Origin: Podarcis pityusensis
Lineage: Eukaryota
Strand: one strand, 5' to 3'
DNA length: 64,000 nucleotides
NCBI GenBank assembly: GCA_964106645.2
Contig: OZ067040.1
Shown here in pieces: positions 63,225 to 64,000 of the stretch. The translations under genes and the position numbers were made by a program. A model generated the notes under the pieces. That model made no database searches. It was not told the DNA's origin and worked only from the letters and a program-made list of their open reading frames with translations. How positions within the stretch are numbered: position 1 is the stretch's first letter; each line of letters starts with the position of its first letter.

Positions 63225-64000
63225 GAGAGATGTTGTTTGTAGATGACACAGCTTTGACAGGGCACTCTGAGGAAGCTCTACAGAGTCTCATCAACTGTTT
63301 TGCCCAAACCCACATGGAGTTCAGCCTTAGCATCACCCTGATGAAGACCAACATCTTGGGTCAGGATGTTGCCAGAACAGTGGTACCTCTGGATGCAAAC
63401 GGGATCCGTTCCAGATCCCGTTCGCATCCAGAGCAGAACACAACCTGCATCTGCCCGTGCGCGGGTCGCGATTCACTGCATCTGCGTGATGTCATTTTGA
63501 GCGTCTGCGCATGTGGCGAAACCCGGAAGTAACCCGTTCCGTTACTTCCGGTTCGCCGCGGGACGCAACCTGAAAAGATTCAACCCGAAGCTACTTTAAC
63601 CCGAGGTATGACTGTACTCCACGCATCAGCACTGGTCACTACTTGCTTAAGGTGCTAGACAATTTTGTCTATCTCGGCTCCACCATAACCAGCAACCTCT
63701 CCATCGATGCTGAGCTGGACAAGCATATTGGCAAGGTGGCTACAGCAATGTCTTGCCTCTCCAAAAGGGCACGGGAGAATGTGATGCTAATGATCAATAC
63801 CAAGATGAAGGTCTACTAGGCTTGCATGTGGAGCACACTGCTTTATGGTAGAGACGTGGGCAACTTACACCCACCAGACATGATGCCTCAATGCCTCCCA
63901 CATGCACAGTGTCAGGAAGATTTTGGGCATCATGTGGCAGGACAGACAAACAAATATAAGTCCTCCCAAGCCCACATTCCCAGCAGGTTTGCAGATAATC
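63225..64000 (+). mobile_element. RTE-clade LINE RT region, interrupted by a DNA transposon
   Basis: EMLFVDDTALTGHSEEALQSLINCFAQTHMEFSLSITLMKTNILGQ // VLDNFVYLGSTITSNLSIDAELDKHIGK; LFxDD and YLGS motifs. Confidence 0.88.
63378..63614. mobile_element. Tc1/mariner-pogo MITE inserted in the RTE RT region
   Basis: CAGTGGTACCTC...GAGGTATGACTG-TA; splits the RT coding sequence. Confidence 0.87.

Noticed and set aside
62990-63532. 180-aa ORF as a host gene
   Set aside because: Only the middle part is RT-derived; the rest is flank and MITE sequence

Overview
Vertebrate nuclear DNA, most likely a squamate (probably lacertid lizard) judging by Sauria SINE, Squam3-like SINE, BovB and Penelope-type repeats. 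It contains the complete 5-exon RSPH9 gene on + (CDS 28706-46198, 274 aa) with a CpG-island/RFX X-box promoter, and the last three exons of the convergent MRPS18A gene on - (61151 to 48460), matching known RSPH9-MRPS18A synteny. The rest is dense in LINE/SINE fragments, non-autonomous hAT, Tc1/mariner-pogo and Harbinger-like elements (many with readable TSDs, several nested), one solo LTR, and a Penelope-type inverted repeat with a minimal hammerhead ribozyme core. The main unexplained signal is a chain of about 15 exon-like segments on the - strand from the RSPH9 CpG island (about 28.4 kb) down to about 2 kb. Several join in phase but carry stops or frameshifts, and some fragments resemble by eye the GREB1/TET-JBP-associated glycosyltransferase (TAGT) motif order. 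I interpret this as a candidate decayed gene head-to-head with RSPH9; no search was run. Most ORFs in the supplied track are chance ORFs.
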